Assembly (NCBI GenBank): GCA_030265395.1
Contig: JARFYF010000066.1
Location: 7,432,226-7,496,225 of the forward strand
Direction: 5' to 3'
Length of the DNA: 64,000 nt
Source: Rhina ancylostomus
Taxonomy: Eukaryota
The position numbers and the translations under genes were made by a program. The notes beneath the pieces were generated by a model. The model saw only the letters and a list, made by a program, of their open reading frames with translations, had not been told where the DNA came from and ran no database searches. Below, piece after piece: positions 1-12,849 of the stretch. The first letter of the stretch is position 1; every line of letters starts with the position of its first letter.

Positions 1-699
1 TAGATGTCACCTTGCACTATATAGTGAAATGGTGCAACAGGTTTGTGTGCCAGGAATCTGATGTGTAGCACTGCCATGCTGAGAGTCTTGAGGGCTCTGC
101 TCTCACTGCAGTAATAGTTACAATAGAATGGTTCACCAACTGGCTCACCACAGAGCTGTGTACAAAGACTACCTGTGATGAGCAGTGCAGCCAGTTGGCA
201 TGGAGTTACAACACCAGGCTGCATCCCACTAGAATGAGCCCAGGTACTGCTGGGGACTAGCAGAACTTGCTCTGTTGATGGATAGCCTAAATGTTACAGT
301 TGCTCTCCTTCTGTCTTTTCCCCTTTCCATTGCACAGGCCTTCCCCTGCCCCCAGTTCATTCTTCCTATGCTGACTCCCTGTCAGTGATCACTGAGCTAG
401 TTATCACAGAAGTTTCTGTACCAGGGAGAGCTGTACAGCTTCCACACTTCCAACAGTGGTGAAAGGTTTTTAGAGGATCTGCATGTGAAATGTCACAACA
501 ACCTAGCACCATTTTTAATTATTTTGTTTCCCTTTTTTCCTTTAGCTTTTTGGGAGATGATTTAGAATCTTGAAAGCCCAGACATCCAGACTTGACCAGC
601 TTCTTCCCCATTGCTATCAGACTTCTGAACCTATCACCTCTTTCACATTCCCTTCCCAGTGGTGTGCTCATGTTCTCAGGCTACTAACTCCACATTTGT

Positions 700-848
700 C
701 AGTTATTCAACTATATTGCTTTGCACCACTATCTTTGCACTCATTTGTGCTTGTTGCTGCATTTATTATGTGTACTGCTTGCTGACCTTCATGTGAGCAA
801 GGAATTTCACTGCACCTTGGTGCATATGACAATAAAGTAATCTGACAG
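700..848 (+). mobile_element. Rex1/Babar-type LINE 3' tail fragment
   Basis: ...aaggaatttcactgcaccttggtgcatatgacaataaag resembles the tails attached to Rex1-like RT remnants elsewhere in the window (22410-22900, 37380-37770). Confidence 0.5.
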
Positions 849-1949
849 TAACTTTTAGTTCCAGGCAGTGTGTCAACACAGCAGGTCTCCATCAATAGCC
901 CTCCTTACCAGGCTGATCAAAGTGCAGTCCTGAGCACCACTGCTCCTTTCAGCCCTTGTAATCAGCCTCTGCGCTATGCAGTCCGCACTGTGCTATGTGG
1001 CAATGATGTCACCACATCATTGTCAAGGGAGCTCTTGATAAGGGGTGTGCATCAGGTTCCCGATAAGACTGAGTGGATGTTTTTAAACATACAGTAGAGC
1101 GGAGGTTTTGGACTCTTAGGATCAAGAGCACTATTACAAACTGGTTCTCTGCAGGAAGGTACAAAGTGCTAGTATATACAACTATTGATGACTATTTGGA
1201 GTCTGCTAATGAATAATATAATGATACTTTGTACATAGTGAAGATGGGTTGGCTGCATAGCATGTCACCCAGCCTCCTTTCCATTTGAACAGATGGAAAG
1301 ACAATTGATCAAAATTTCAGTGCACTGCATGAGCCGCTGCTATTCATACAGAGGAGACTCCAGCTCAGCAATAGATGAAGTAGAGTTGAAGCAGGTTCAT
1401 TAAAAAATAGACACTGTGCTTCATCTAGGGACTACCCTTGATACACAAGCAGTCTACACTAACCTTAATCAAAATACTCTTGTATCATAGCAGGCAGCTC
1501 TGGAGTGGGATCCCTGTAGCTCTTGGGTTAAAAGCAATATATTTTCTGACCTCTTAACAAATGGGAATACTACCTGGTCTGTAACTGTACAGTTGCAAAT
1601 GCTGTCATTTATCTGCTTTATAGTGCATTCACTGTGGTCTTGCCTTTTGTTCTGAAGACTGTAGATCTGGTATTGTAGCAAACTTGACCCTCTGGTGTTC
1701 CAGATGAATTCAAAGCTGAATAAGAGGAAGTACTTTCATATTTTGGTCTCTAGTTTGGGATGAATTTGCCCTTGAGTGAGCTGCTTGCTTACTGTGTGTA
1801 GAAATTAATGTTTTGATCTGGTACTAAGCTATGGTGATAAACCACAACTTGGTACAGGAACATTCCTCTTGAGGGAAATCCTCTACTCCCCAAAGAGTCT
1901 GGATAAATCTGTCCAAACCCTTAATTCCTCTCAGTGCAAGTGTCAAGAG

Positions 1950-3040
1950 TCTCCAGATTGCTGAGGTTCACAGGGTTGGGCCTGATTTTCGGATCTACAA
2001 TGTGGAACAGACAAGTTGCATTACAAAGACGTGTTTCATACCTTTTTCAGAAACATTAAAGCTTTGACTGTCTGCACAGGCCTTTTGAGCTGTCAAAGGC
2101 ATCCAGAGGGGTTTCATTGGTAAGGGATGGTTCACCATGCAGGACGCTATTTCATCTTTTTGACCTTGCTGTTTTGACCTGATCAGGAGTGTACCTTGGT
2201 GATTACACTCCTGATCAAGTTTCAGCAGTGTAAGCTATTTCCACTTGGCATATCAGTGTTTCTTGCAGTTCTTAAAGGGGGAGTTTGGGGTTTGTTGTGA
2301 AATGCCATCATGAACTTCTGGGTAGACTTGTCAAACTTTCTGCAAGCTGTCCATGTTTGCATGCTGGCAAAAGAATGTGGCACGATTCATGGTTAATCTT
2401 GTAACCTTATGTGCTGAGATCATGATCTACTCTGACAGCTTCAGAGTTTCCCCTGCAACTGGTCCAGCATGCTAACTAATAACCAGATGCACAGATCATG
2501 AGGCCTTCTGATTGATGAGATCTCCAAAGAAAGACCCTTTGTTGCAATAATTGCATCTTGCAAATCCTAAACCACTAGTTGAAGGACAATTGGATTTTTG
2601 GGTGATTAAAGGTTATATTGCTGGCTTTCAGACTTGGCAGTAAGAGTTCCTGTTCTATAAACAATTGCCACCAGTATTGATTGGTGTCATGCTGCAGGTG
2701 TAAAACTTGGTGTCAAGTCGTGCTGTACATGCCTATTGCTGATTCTCAGTGTTCTGAGACTTGCAGTGCTCAATGGAACTGCTGCAGTTGCACATGACCA
2801 CTTCCCCATCTCTGTACCCTGGTTTTGTCTACCATTTATTTGGCTCCAATGTCACTAGCTTCAAAGAGCAGAAGTATTTGTTCAGTTTGGTGCCCTGCCT
2901 GTTGCTGAATTGGTAGTCTTCAACCTGGAGCTTAGCACTTTCAAACTGGAGCATCTTCCTGACAAGATTGCCAGAAAAAAAAATTACAATTCCACTTGGT
3001 TTTTGCAACATTCTGGTTGTCTTTACACTACCCTTCAATT
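1950..3040 (-). mobile_element. Highly decayed Gypsy-like LTR retrotransposon internal fragment (gag/RT)
   Basis: Minus-strand peptide scraps FSNRQGTKLNKYFCSLK, HPK..NCP...ARCNYCNKG (zinc-knuckle-like), YPEVHDG and HPLP occur in gag-pol order, with many frameshifts. Confidence 0.3.
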
Positions 3041-3845
3041 ATTCTGTGTTTCTGTAGGGCAAACTGCAAAAGTTAGATGGCATGTGATATTTTAAGCTCT
3101 ATTGCTTGCTCAGTGTTGGGCATGGGGTATATTGGTCATAACTGAATTGTAAGTGAGGAGCTTAGGTATTTGGGTGGAATTCCATAATGTGTCCCAGTAT
3201 ATGGTCCCTTCATGCTACAAAAAGTTAGTTAGTGCTAAGCATTCTTTGGACTTTTGAGTGATTCTGATATTTCAAGGTCTTGTTCTTCCAGAGATCCCAT
3301 CTATTGAATTGTTATAGAACAGTCTATTTGGAGGGGCATCAAATTTGTACTATTTCCTGATGATAAGGCTGTCTTGTTCCCCACTGCCTTAAATTTGAGT
3401 GCTTGTCCAATTCCCTTTGCTCAACTAAAACAGAAAATATTGGAAATACTTGTCAGCATGAAGATTTAAAATTTTCAGCATTTGTACTTTTGATTTTTCA
3501 CCCTCCTTTTAAAACTGCCTTGGTCCAAATGAAAAACATTTTTTTCCTTGAGTGCTTTTGAACCTAGATTGCACTGCACTGCCTTGTTGCCTGGCCAACT
3601 ATACAGGAAACATTTGCACGTTAGCTTCTTGTGTGAAACTGTATAGCTCCTAATGGGTATTGCAAAATTTGCATCATCTGTTAACTTGTGTGAGATTTAC
3701 CCTAATAGAATGGTCTCTCTTTTTTCAGTGAGGTAGCTTTTTGGCTTGGATTCCACCATTAACTATTCTGAATACTAACTGAATCTTTGCAGTGATGACT
3801 GGATTTGTTTCCAGTTAGCCAGACTGACAATGAAGGAAAAACATC

Positions 3846-4020
3846 GCTGGAGAACTTGGCAGGTCAGGCAGTGTCTGTGGAGGGAAGTGGACAGTCGAAG
3901 TCCAGAGTGTCAACCGGAAATGCTGACTGTCCACTTCCCTCCACAGATGCTGCCTGACCTGCTGATTCCCTCCAGTTTGTTTTGTGCTCTGTATTCCAGC
4001 ATCTGCAGTCTCTTGTTTCC
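3846..4020. mobile_element. Penelope-derived palindromic (inverted pLTR) non-autonomous element
   Basis: Inverted arms at 3846-3896 and 3925-3976; carries the ...cagatgctgcctgacctgctga...ccagcatctgcagtc terminus seen in the other copies. Confidence 0.75.
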
Positions 4021-5806
4021 AGCTGCAGCAGTGGATGACCTTTGACTGCTATTTGCTTTTTAAAAAAAAATTGCCATGACCTGCCCTCTCCATCCCATTA
4101 CTCAATCAGAATTGGCTTTGTATAACTGATTCATGAGCCTTTTCCTTGACTATTGGTATAATTGTCCATTAGCAGTGTTCAATTAGCCCTTAAGATGGGA
4201 CAATCTGCTATTGAATGAACAGTCAAACAATAATTAGCTGGCTGTAGGAACAAGCTTTTGTAGCATCTAAAGTAACCAAGCTCTGACTAGATCCAAATTA
4301 TTGCTCTTGTTCAAGCATAAGACTTGCATCACCAAGTTACAAATGACTAATTTAATGGAATTCTTATTGCTCCTTGTATGTTTTGATGCTTGACTCCCTT
4401 TTAATGTGCTTTCAAACATGTGCATCAAGCTGTTGTCCTTGTCTTTTGATGTATGCTGGCAGACTTTGCCGCTTCAGAATTGAAATTGAAACTTCAATTA
4501 CTTATGTATTCATCCTTTTGACTGACTGTATTTAAATTTAGTTGGATGGAAAAGCTACTCAGTTAAGACTGGACTGTCAAAGCAGTCACAACAAGTTACT
4601 GCTTCTGATTATTTTTCTCATTCCAATGAACAGATGGGCAAGCAATTTAGAATTGCTTCGCAATCCAAAAACAGGCTTCCAATGTGCATTGATAAGCCTT
4701 TCATCTAGACTGGTCTGTTTAGATATGACTGCCTTGCATTGGGTTTTTGGAGTTAAGATTGAAATAAGTAATTATGTACAAACACAAGTTTATTTTCATG
4801 CACACTCTGGAAATGACCAACATTTAAGAATCTTCAACTTGAGATGCAGGGTCAAACTCCCCTGGAGATGGTATGAATGGGTTGGTGAGATTCCTCTCAC
4901 AGCTTGCCTGTAGGTAAAGGTGGCTCAAGCACAACCCAACACTACTCTGGTCTTAAAACCACCCACTATCCTCTCGCAGCAAGATCTGTGCATTTTGTGG
5001 TCTACCTTTCTGCAGCAAAGGACTGCCAGCAGACTTATTAATCTCTTTTTTTTGTCCATGCTGAGACAGTAATACTCTTCAAATGACAGGATTACTGGGT
5101 TTGGCTGGCTTTGGGGAATTTTCATAACAGCATTTCTGGCAGAGAAGTGGCCCAAGTCCTTTCTGGTCAGAGAGCAACTTGCCAGATATGTTCCCTTGCC
5201 TTTTTTTAGGTTACAGCTCTTCAAGTGTTTATCTTTAAATCTGAAATCTCCTAATAGTCCTTGCTGTTCACCCTGTTAGACCTTTTTATTGTTGGTTACC
5301 TGAATCTCCCACTTTCCAAGATAACAATGCTGGTCTAGCCAATCTTGACTATATAATTCAACCCTTAGTACTGCCCCTTGTGCCATTGCATTGCTGCATG
5401 TGACTAGTACTGTAGAGTATCATAGCTGTGGCTTGTTCTAGCACAACCATCTCATCAATTTTTTAATAGTGTCTTATTTTGACTTTGGTCTATCTACCTT
5501 GGCTGGAGGGATTTATGAATGTACACTCTACTGTACATTCCTCTACTCCATGTTCATGTAAGTTCCTCTACTGTCCTTTTTACCTGTTATCATCCCCTTT
5601 TTATCTTTTGTGCACTACAACTGGAGCATGTTAAATCTTAAAACTGTCTGTTAGGGTAAATGTGTCTTCTGTCTAACTGGATGTTATCTTTGATCTAAAA
5701 TGTCATTCCATTATTCTGTAAATCTATTTGATCAGTTTTTGAAACTGGATCTGTTTGCATTGATGGCTATATTTTGCTAATGATTCTGCTATTTTCCTTT
5801 TAATAG

Positions 5807-5884
5807 GTCCGCACACTTTTTGTCAGTGGTCTTCCTATGGATATTAAACCACGAGAGTTGTACCTTCTTTTTCGACCTTTTAAG
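5807..5884 (+). CDS. RBPMS2: RBPMS2 coding exon 2 (RRM start, RNP2): [26 protein letters not shown]
   Basis: Acceptor ttttccttttaatAG ends at 5806 and donor GTAAGG starts at 5885; 78 nt, phase 0-0. The translation is the near-invariant RBPMS-family RRM N-terminus. Confidence 0.97.
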
Positions 5885-6189
5885 GTAAGGTTAGTGTAAC
5901 TGCATGTATCCATACTGCTTCCTAGCTTGGTTTGTTGGGTGTCCTCCCTTCCAAGGTTATTTGACCAAACCAGCTCTAGTAGCTTATAAATTTCAAACTA
6001 TACAACACCTATCTGACAGTTATGCAATCTGATGAATATTTTTAGTGTTCCAAAACTTCATGTTCCAACTGCCTCACTGAATTTATTCAAAGAATTGGTG
6101 TTGAAGAGGTTGCAGTGTTGTGCCACACTGACTTATTTGCCTTGAAGCAAATTCTCAGCACCCTAATGAGCTGTTGAATCCATTGTTTA

Positions 6190-6469
6190 GGAGAAGACCT
6201 TTTTTCAGCCCACTAGAGCCACTGTTTAATCAAACACCCACTAATCTTTTTATTTTTCTCCCCACTCCCAGATTCTACTGCTCACCTACACATGAGGGGC
6301 TATTCACAATGGCCAGTAATCCCAGCAACATGTCTCTGGGATGTGGGAGCAAACCAGAGCACCTGGGGAAGCCCACACAGTCACAGGGAGCATGTGCAAA
6401 CTCCACCCAGACAGCACCAGAGGTCAGGATTGAACCTAGGTTGCTGGAGCTGAGAGGAATTTGCTCTAG
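6190..6469 (-). mobile_element. tRNA-derived V-SINE (HE1-like)
   Basis: Reverse complement of the V-core (gggatgtgggagcaaaccagagcacctgggg...gcaaactccac) and of the B-box region (ggattgaacc). Confidence 0.8.
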
Positions 6470-8011
6470 ATGAAAATCCTTAACTTCTGTTGCTCCTTTT
6501 TCTTGCAATCAATGATCCCATTGCTCCTTAAGGTTGTATGAAGAACATGGAGCTTTACTGCTACACTACATAACTGATACCCAATTAGTGGTGTAACTAT
6601 AATTGGAGCATACTATGAAAGTAAAGGTGTAAATTACTGTGTAACTATCACTACTACAAACTTTTGCCTGTTTCAGGGGAATCTAACGAGGGAATGGTTT
6701 CTTCACTAGCAAAATTAGAACAGCCTGTATAAACATGTTTGGCTTTAATTACAAGGGGAACAGAGGTGGTCTCTCTCACTGCCCGTCATGCTTGTTTTCC
6801 CCTTCCTCCATGGGGATGCTTGGCTTCTGAAGACTGCTAGTTAGCATGAAGAGGCCTTTGTACAAAGCGTGTCATTCCCTGGGCTAATGTCTAAGACTTC
6901 AACATTTGGAGGACTGGTATGCAAGTGTGTTTAATAAACTGAGAATTTAATTGGTAGATTAATCCAGCAGTGCTGACTGAGTCCTTCTGGTAGTCATAAC
7001 AACAGCTGTCAATCTTGCCACGGCAGTTTGGCTTGTTTTAGAGTACTTTAATCATACAATCCAATAAACTTCAAGATTTAACCTTGCTGAGCAGCTTTTA
7101 AAATCCCATTCCTTCCGATTCAAGAACAGAAGTGATTTAAAATGGTCATTATTGCAATGACTGTGCCCCGCTTGATTATCGCAAAAGGCAGCGTGTCATC
7201 CTTGGATTACTCTGCTACATTCTTGAAGCTTTGTATTTGTGCAACTTGGTTTAACCACTTTGAGCTTTGCTCCTTGAGCAACAGTGGCAACTTTGTGGCT
7301 ACAGTGCAAACCCAAGCTGCAGATCAAGAGGAAGTAGATTTGAGTACTTTCAAATGAGTCTTTAATCCAAATAGTGAAGCCTGTCATGTCAAACATCCAC
7401 TTAGCAATTCTGCCAAATGGTGCATCATTGGAGAAACTAAGCAGCCTTTCAAAGCTTTGGTACATCAGAGTGCTTTTAGATCACTAATTAGGGCTGTGAA
7501 CAAGCATTTTTAAATGGGGTGGGGGGGGGTGGCATGTGACTAGTATTATTTGAATTGAGTTGTACATTTGGACCCTTGCTCTAAGGTGGTCTGGGGTTCT
7601 TTTGCACCCACCAATGAGCCCCTGAAGCTAAAGTTCTACTCCCTAAAGGGGTATTCACCTACATCTTGCAGGATCCTAGAGTGGCTACAACACAGTAGGA
7701 AGCCACTTGTCCATGCCAGCTCTCTACCAGAGAAACTAGTTGTACTCGGCAGTTTGGTCTGTAACCCTTATTGTCAGCACTAGGAAAGATGCAAGTAAGT
7801 TTTCAGTGGGAGAGAAAGTGCTGGGAGGGATATTAATGGCAGTCCCACCACTAACAACTCACTACACAGGCCTGTTAGCTAAATGTGCCAATAATTATCA
7901 AGTCATCTGACTTGTCCTATCAGAGGCACTGTCTTTCCCTCCCTAATGAAAACCCACTTGAGTCTCTTCCCAGTACTGACAATCACAGACCCGAAACACT
8001 GTTCCTCAGGG

Positions 8012-8192
8012 ACAAGACTACCGATGCTGGAATCTGGAGCAACAAACAATCTGCTGGAGGAATTCCACAGGTCAAACAGCATCTGTGGGGTTGAAGGAAC
8101 AACTGTTTCTCTTTCTGCAGATGCTGCCAGACACTTGAGTTTTTTCTATCATTTCTGTTTTTGTTTTGGATATCCAGCATCTGCAGTCTTTT
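8012..8192. mobile_element. Penelope-derived palindromic element (decayed)
   Basis: gatgctggaatctggagcaacaaacaatctgctggagg...cagcatctg followed by its inverse cagatgctgcc...tccagcatctgcagtc. Confidence 0.7.
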
Positions 8193-8768
8193 TCTTATTT
8201 TCACCCACCAGCCCTTGTCTCTGGAGTGGAACTTGCAGGTACATTTTTCTGCTACTTGCCAGTCACAATGGTTCACATTGTCTCTTCGAAGCCCCTTTGC
8301 CCCACAACCTTTTAAGAATGGAGACCTGCCACTTATAAAAGGCTGACTACAATGCTGCCCTTTGAACGTTGCATTAAGATGGGATACCTAATCCCTCTAA
8401 GCTTTTGCAATGAACCATTATGACCAACCTGCAGCTTAAGGAGGCCTTGACATTGGAGTTGGCCTGATTCTCTGTGTCTATGCACTACCTTGTGACCAAA
8501 CAGTTTAAGAAACAAAATTAGCCAGTTGTGTAATTTGGCTGCACAATGTACACCAGTGTTATCACTTGAATTTGTGTTAACAATTTAGGTTCTAGGGTAG
8601 CTTAATTTTCAATATCCTTGCCCCCAGTATTCCTCTACCAGGTTGTAAGTTTTGAAGTTTACTGCTAATATTAACTACCAATCAGTGAGTTGAATTGTTG
8701 TAACTACCTTCATTGTTATAACTGTGCACTTTAAGAAACAATAACTCTTGTGTATATTTTCTCTTCAG

Positions 8769-8807
8769 GGGTATGAAGGGTCACTGATCAAACTCACTTC
8801 AAAACAG
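8769..8807 (+). CDS. RBPMS2: RBPMS2 coding exon 3: GYEGSLIKLTSKQ
   Basis: Acceptor ttttctcttcAG ends at 8768 and donor GTAAGC starts at 8808; 39 nt, phase 0-0. Matches the RBPMS/RBPMS2 peptide. Confidence 0.97.
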
Positions 8808-9479
8808 GTAAGCACTTTTTCTACTGGTGTCCCAGGTAACTAAAATCCTTTATTGCTTCAGAATTTTCTGCTTTTCTTTTTAAAAAGGAATCCCTGATGT
8901 GACGTTATCTGAGCTGCCCCTGAGTACTGGGATTTGCAGGGCTGACTTAGTAAATCCACAACTAGCCTTTACTAACTTCATGAATACTTTTTGTAGCCTG
9001 AGGCAATGTGTTAGTTTCTAAAACTTTTAGGTATGTTTTTTCCCCCACGTGGCAGAAATAGAAAGTGAGAGAGGGAATTGACCTAATCAAAACATAGTTC
9101 AAAATCCAGCACAAAAACTATTGCATAGTATCCAGTTTTAAATTTCCCAAACTGTGGATAATATCCAATATTGCATCCTTGGATGGTAAGATTAAATCTA
9201 GCAGTTTGTACAAGAGTTAAACTAAAGCAGAATAACACGTGCTTTAGGAAATTTGTTTAACTTTTTTCAGGAATCTCAATGTTCCCAAATGGTGCCAATG
9301 ATTTGTATGTGATTTTGTCTGTATTGAAGTTTGTTTGGTCTGAAAATTGATTTTAAACCCATTGAACAAGTAACCAATCCCATTCTCAATACCATGATTA
9401 TTTAAAGGCCAATACTTCAACTGCATTCTTTGTCCTGAACTCTGACCACTAACCTGTAATGTAACTCCACATGTTTTTA

Positions 9480-9990
9480 AACTGCTTTGCTTGTGGATTT
9501 CATGGACTGGTTTAGGGTCACTCTTGGCTCTCTGGTCTTGGGATTGTTTCATGTTACTGGTTTCTATTACACCTGTTTGCTCATGGTTTCATTGGGAGGT
9601 CTCTCTAACTCTGCTTGGAGACTTCAGGACAAAAGGTTAATGTTCCCACCCCCAGGTGTTCAAGGATGCACATGGTTTATGAATATCTCCTTGGCAACAT
9701 CTCAGCTCTGCTGCATGGCATCCTCAGAACATGCCCTCCCTTCAGCACTCTTCAGTTTCCTCTGATCCTTGACACATTCTCATTGTTCCCCTGCATCTGG
9801 AAGTTGTGTGTCCCTTTTTAAAAGCTGGTTGCAAAGATTACACCTGTAAAACCTAGCACCATAAAATTCTTGCCCACTGTGGCTGTCACAGGTAGCATTG
9901 GGATGACTCACAATGCTGTCCTGACACAAGTTGTGGAGCAATATCTGGGTCTTATCAGCAGAAAAGGTGTTCCTTACAAGTAGGACAGGT
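9480..9990 (-). mobile_element. RTE-type LINE fragment (RT C-terminal region)
   Basis: The minus strand encodes GHVLRMP (about 9716-9737), the RTE RWAGHVxRM motif; otherwise decayed. Confidence 0.4.
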
Positions 9991-10111
9991 TTTAAGGGGC
10001 AGTTCCTGAGGATTGTGGAAAATTTTAGAAAGTTGTTAGGAGTAATTGCAAGTTTGAAATAGTATTAGGCAGAGCAATACTGGACTATGGGAGGTGGCTG
10101 CTGGTCAAAAA

Positions 10112-10380
10112 AAGTTCAGTTTGTAATGTGCACAGGTGCAATGAAACACTTGCAGAGTCAGACACATAGCATCAGATAAGCAGCATTCACAAGAAAAATG
10201 TAAATTTTACAGCTTTTTACAAAGAACACATTAGAACAAAAGTCCACTGTTGTGCACAGTGGTCATAGTGTTGCTATACTGAGATAGTGATTAGGGTTGT
10301 GCAGGTCAGTTGAAGGGAAGTAGCTGTTCTTGAACCTGGTGGTGTAGGACTTCAGTTTTCTGTAGCTCTTGCTTGATGTC
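10112..10380 (-). mobile_element. Rex1/Babar-type LINE 3' end
   Basis: gaagggaagtagctgttcttgaacctggtggtgtaggacttcag reads ..SYTTRFKNSYFPS on the minus strand; similar to the copy at 22410-22900. Confidence 0.7.
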
Positions 10381-12849
10381 ATTTTAAAAGGTGGAGGTTG
10401 GCCAACTTTGGGAAAAATTTGCACTACTTTCACGTGAATATTTTGACCTATCTACCAAAGCTTGTTTCTGATTTTGTCTTGGAGGTTGAAGATGACAATG
10501 TTTTTGTGAGTTACTGGTAGATAAGGATTGTAAATCAGCTTCAAGTTAAGCTGCACATTCCCAGTAGTCAAATCTAAATTGTACTAAACAATGAACAGTA
10601 GATGCCTAGAAATTCCTTTTGGCTCTGATTCTCTGTACTCCTAGGCAACGCATGCTGTTATTGTGTAGTTGTAGCCTGTGGTACTCTGAAATCATTTTGA
10701 TTTGATGAATCTTTCCAGCCACAATTCATGTTGACACCTGTATAACACATCTAGTGTATTGTCTGGGAGTAATTCCTAGACATATATCTGCTATTACAAT
10801 AGAATATTTTTGATCTCCATTTAAAGGTTATCAAAAGTTCATGTGGCATTTGTGAAGAATATGTAGTTCTTGGCAAATGTGATATGTGTTTAGATTGCAC
10901 CATCTAACTTGGACAATTCACCTCAACCTGCACCAAAGTGTAACCTTTGACTTTGGTTTCTGCCATTCATTTACAGCCCTGGCAAATACTACACCCATCT
11001 GGTAGAGTTTCACAGTTCTAAATCTGGAAATAATTTTTCAGGAGTTTGTATTCTTTAAGTTGATCATATGTCATTTGGTGCAGCAGTACTGGCTGAACAA
11101 ATCACTTGTAATTGGGTCCATGTGTTGAATTGCACTGGCTTTATTGGTGCTTGCTGTCAACCAACCCAGTCAAATGGTGCATCTTGGGTACCAGTAGCAT
11201 CTGGTTCAGTTACTGGTTTAAACATCCTACTACTGTTTGCACTGTCACAAACAACTGTATCCTCCTGAATTTGCTGACTGTATCTGGTATTCCAATCTTT
11301 GAGAATGCTCTCAAAATTTACTCTTCCATTTTGATGGTAGGCCTTTTTTAAAGTGGTATGTCTTCAGGATGTTTGCAGCCAGTAAAGTATTTGAGTTTAC
11401 TCTTTCAATTCATCTGGATGATCAAGGGATAAATACCAGCCAAGGCTCCAGTAATGCCTCCTCCCCAAAGTTCCAGCAGCTGAGTGTGAATGGGAGATTA
11501 GTGGTGCCACATGTAGCTGAACCAGATCTTGGATGCAACTTCGTCGTCGTACTTGTGTTTAAATTCTCTGGAATGGGCCTTCTGACCATTGATTGCAATA
11601 AAGTTGCAGAAATGTCTTTTTACAAAGGGTTGAAAATTGCAGCTTGTCCTTTGCACCTATTAGCAAGTCACTTGTCCTATTTGAATGCAAAATCTTTGTA
11701 TCTTTGCACCCTGGTTTCATTTAACATTGTTTCAGTGGATCGGAGTACACTTAATGCCACTTTTCTGAAGGAGACTGAAATCTTTTTCTGAACTTTGCCC
11801 TGACACTCTGTTCGAGGTTACCAAACCTTTTTCAGCTTTGTAGAAATAGAAAGGGTGCTGGGGAATATACACCCATTATTAAAGTAAGGCAACTGCTTCA
11901 GAGTACTGGAATTTGAGGTTTATTTGATGCTGAAGTTAAAGTACCATGATAATGCTGTACACCACAACCTTTGCATGGAGTGTCAACTTGGTGGGTGCAC
12001 AAACAGCAATCAACTAAACTTTTTCCTGAGGTACCCTGCTTTCTAACAATTCCCAAGCATTTGACGTCTGTTTCATGCAGAGTAAGATCTGACTGCTCAT
12101 TCCATCCAAGCAAGTGGCATGAATTAACACTTTACATTTNNNNNNNNNNNNCATTTTTTCTTGGCATCCAGGTTAAAATTGACATGACCCATTGAAGCAG
12201 TGGGTGAACCTCTTGCTCAATGTCTCTCATTTACCATCTGTGCAGGGATTCTTTGAGTTGCATCGAGCTCTCTGCAATAAACTGCATTGAGTAACAACTT
12301 CTGAAACACATTTGCTTTTAGTGAGTTTAGAACAGGCCACTTTATACACTGCACTTGGAGCTTATTAGTCCAGCTTGCATGGTCCAGCTGCTAGAACTTA
12401 CCCAGCTAACGCTTACCAGAGTTACCAATATGCCTCAGTTCTGTATGTGATCAGGACTGTGCATTCTCACATTTCACACCTAGTTCTCAGGATGTATTTC
12501 CCAGGTACATTGTAAAGCATATTACTATGCCATGAACCCCCACCTTCCAAGTGGCACAGTAATACCCTAAAAGTACCTGGGAATAGATCCTGCTTGTTGC
12601 TGTGCCAGGTGTGAACTCACTAACACAACAATAGCTCAGTGTGGCAAGCCCACCTGGGGATGGATGGGTTGGGGGTGAGAGGTGTGGCTGCTCATTGCTG
12701 AGGTGTGGGACCCAGGCTGGTGTGAGGCCGTGACAGGGGGCTGCTGATGGCTGCTCTGTGATGGGTTCCCTGAATCCTATAGAAGCTTGCATCACCCCAG
12801 TAGAAGTTGCTGTCTCCGCCTCTGTTTTGGCTGCCCAGCACAAGGATTT

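Noticed and set aside
300-420. Strong-looking splice acceptor (pyrimidine tract, AG at 336-337)
   Set aside because: No recognisable coding sequence or clear donor follows; likely cryptic.
1-5806. RBPMS2 exon 1 and promoter
   Set aside because: No CpG-rich island and no short exon ending in ..EEE before a donor was seen; exon 1 must lie upstream of the window.
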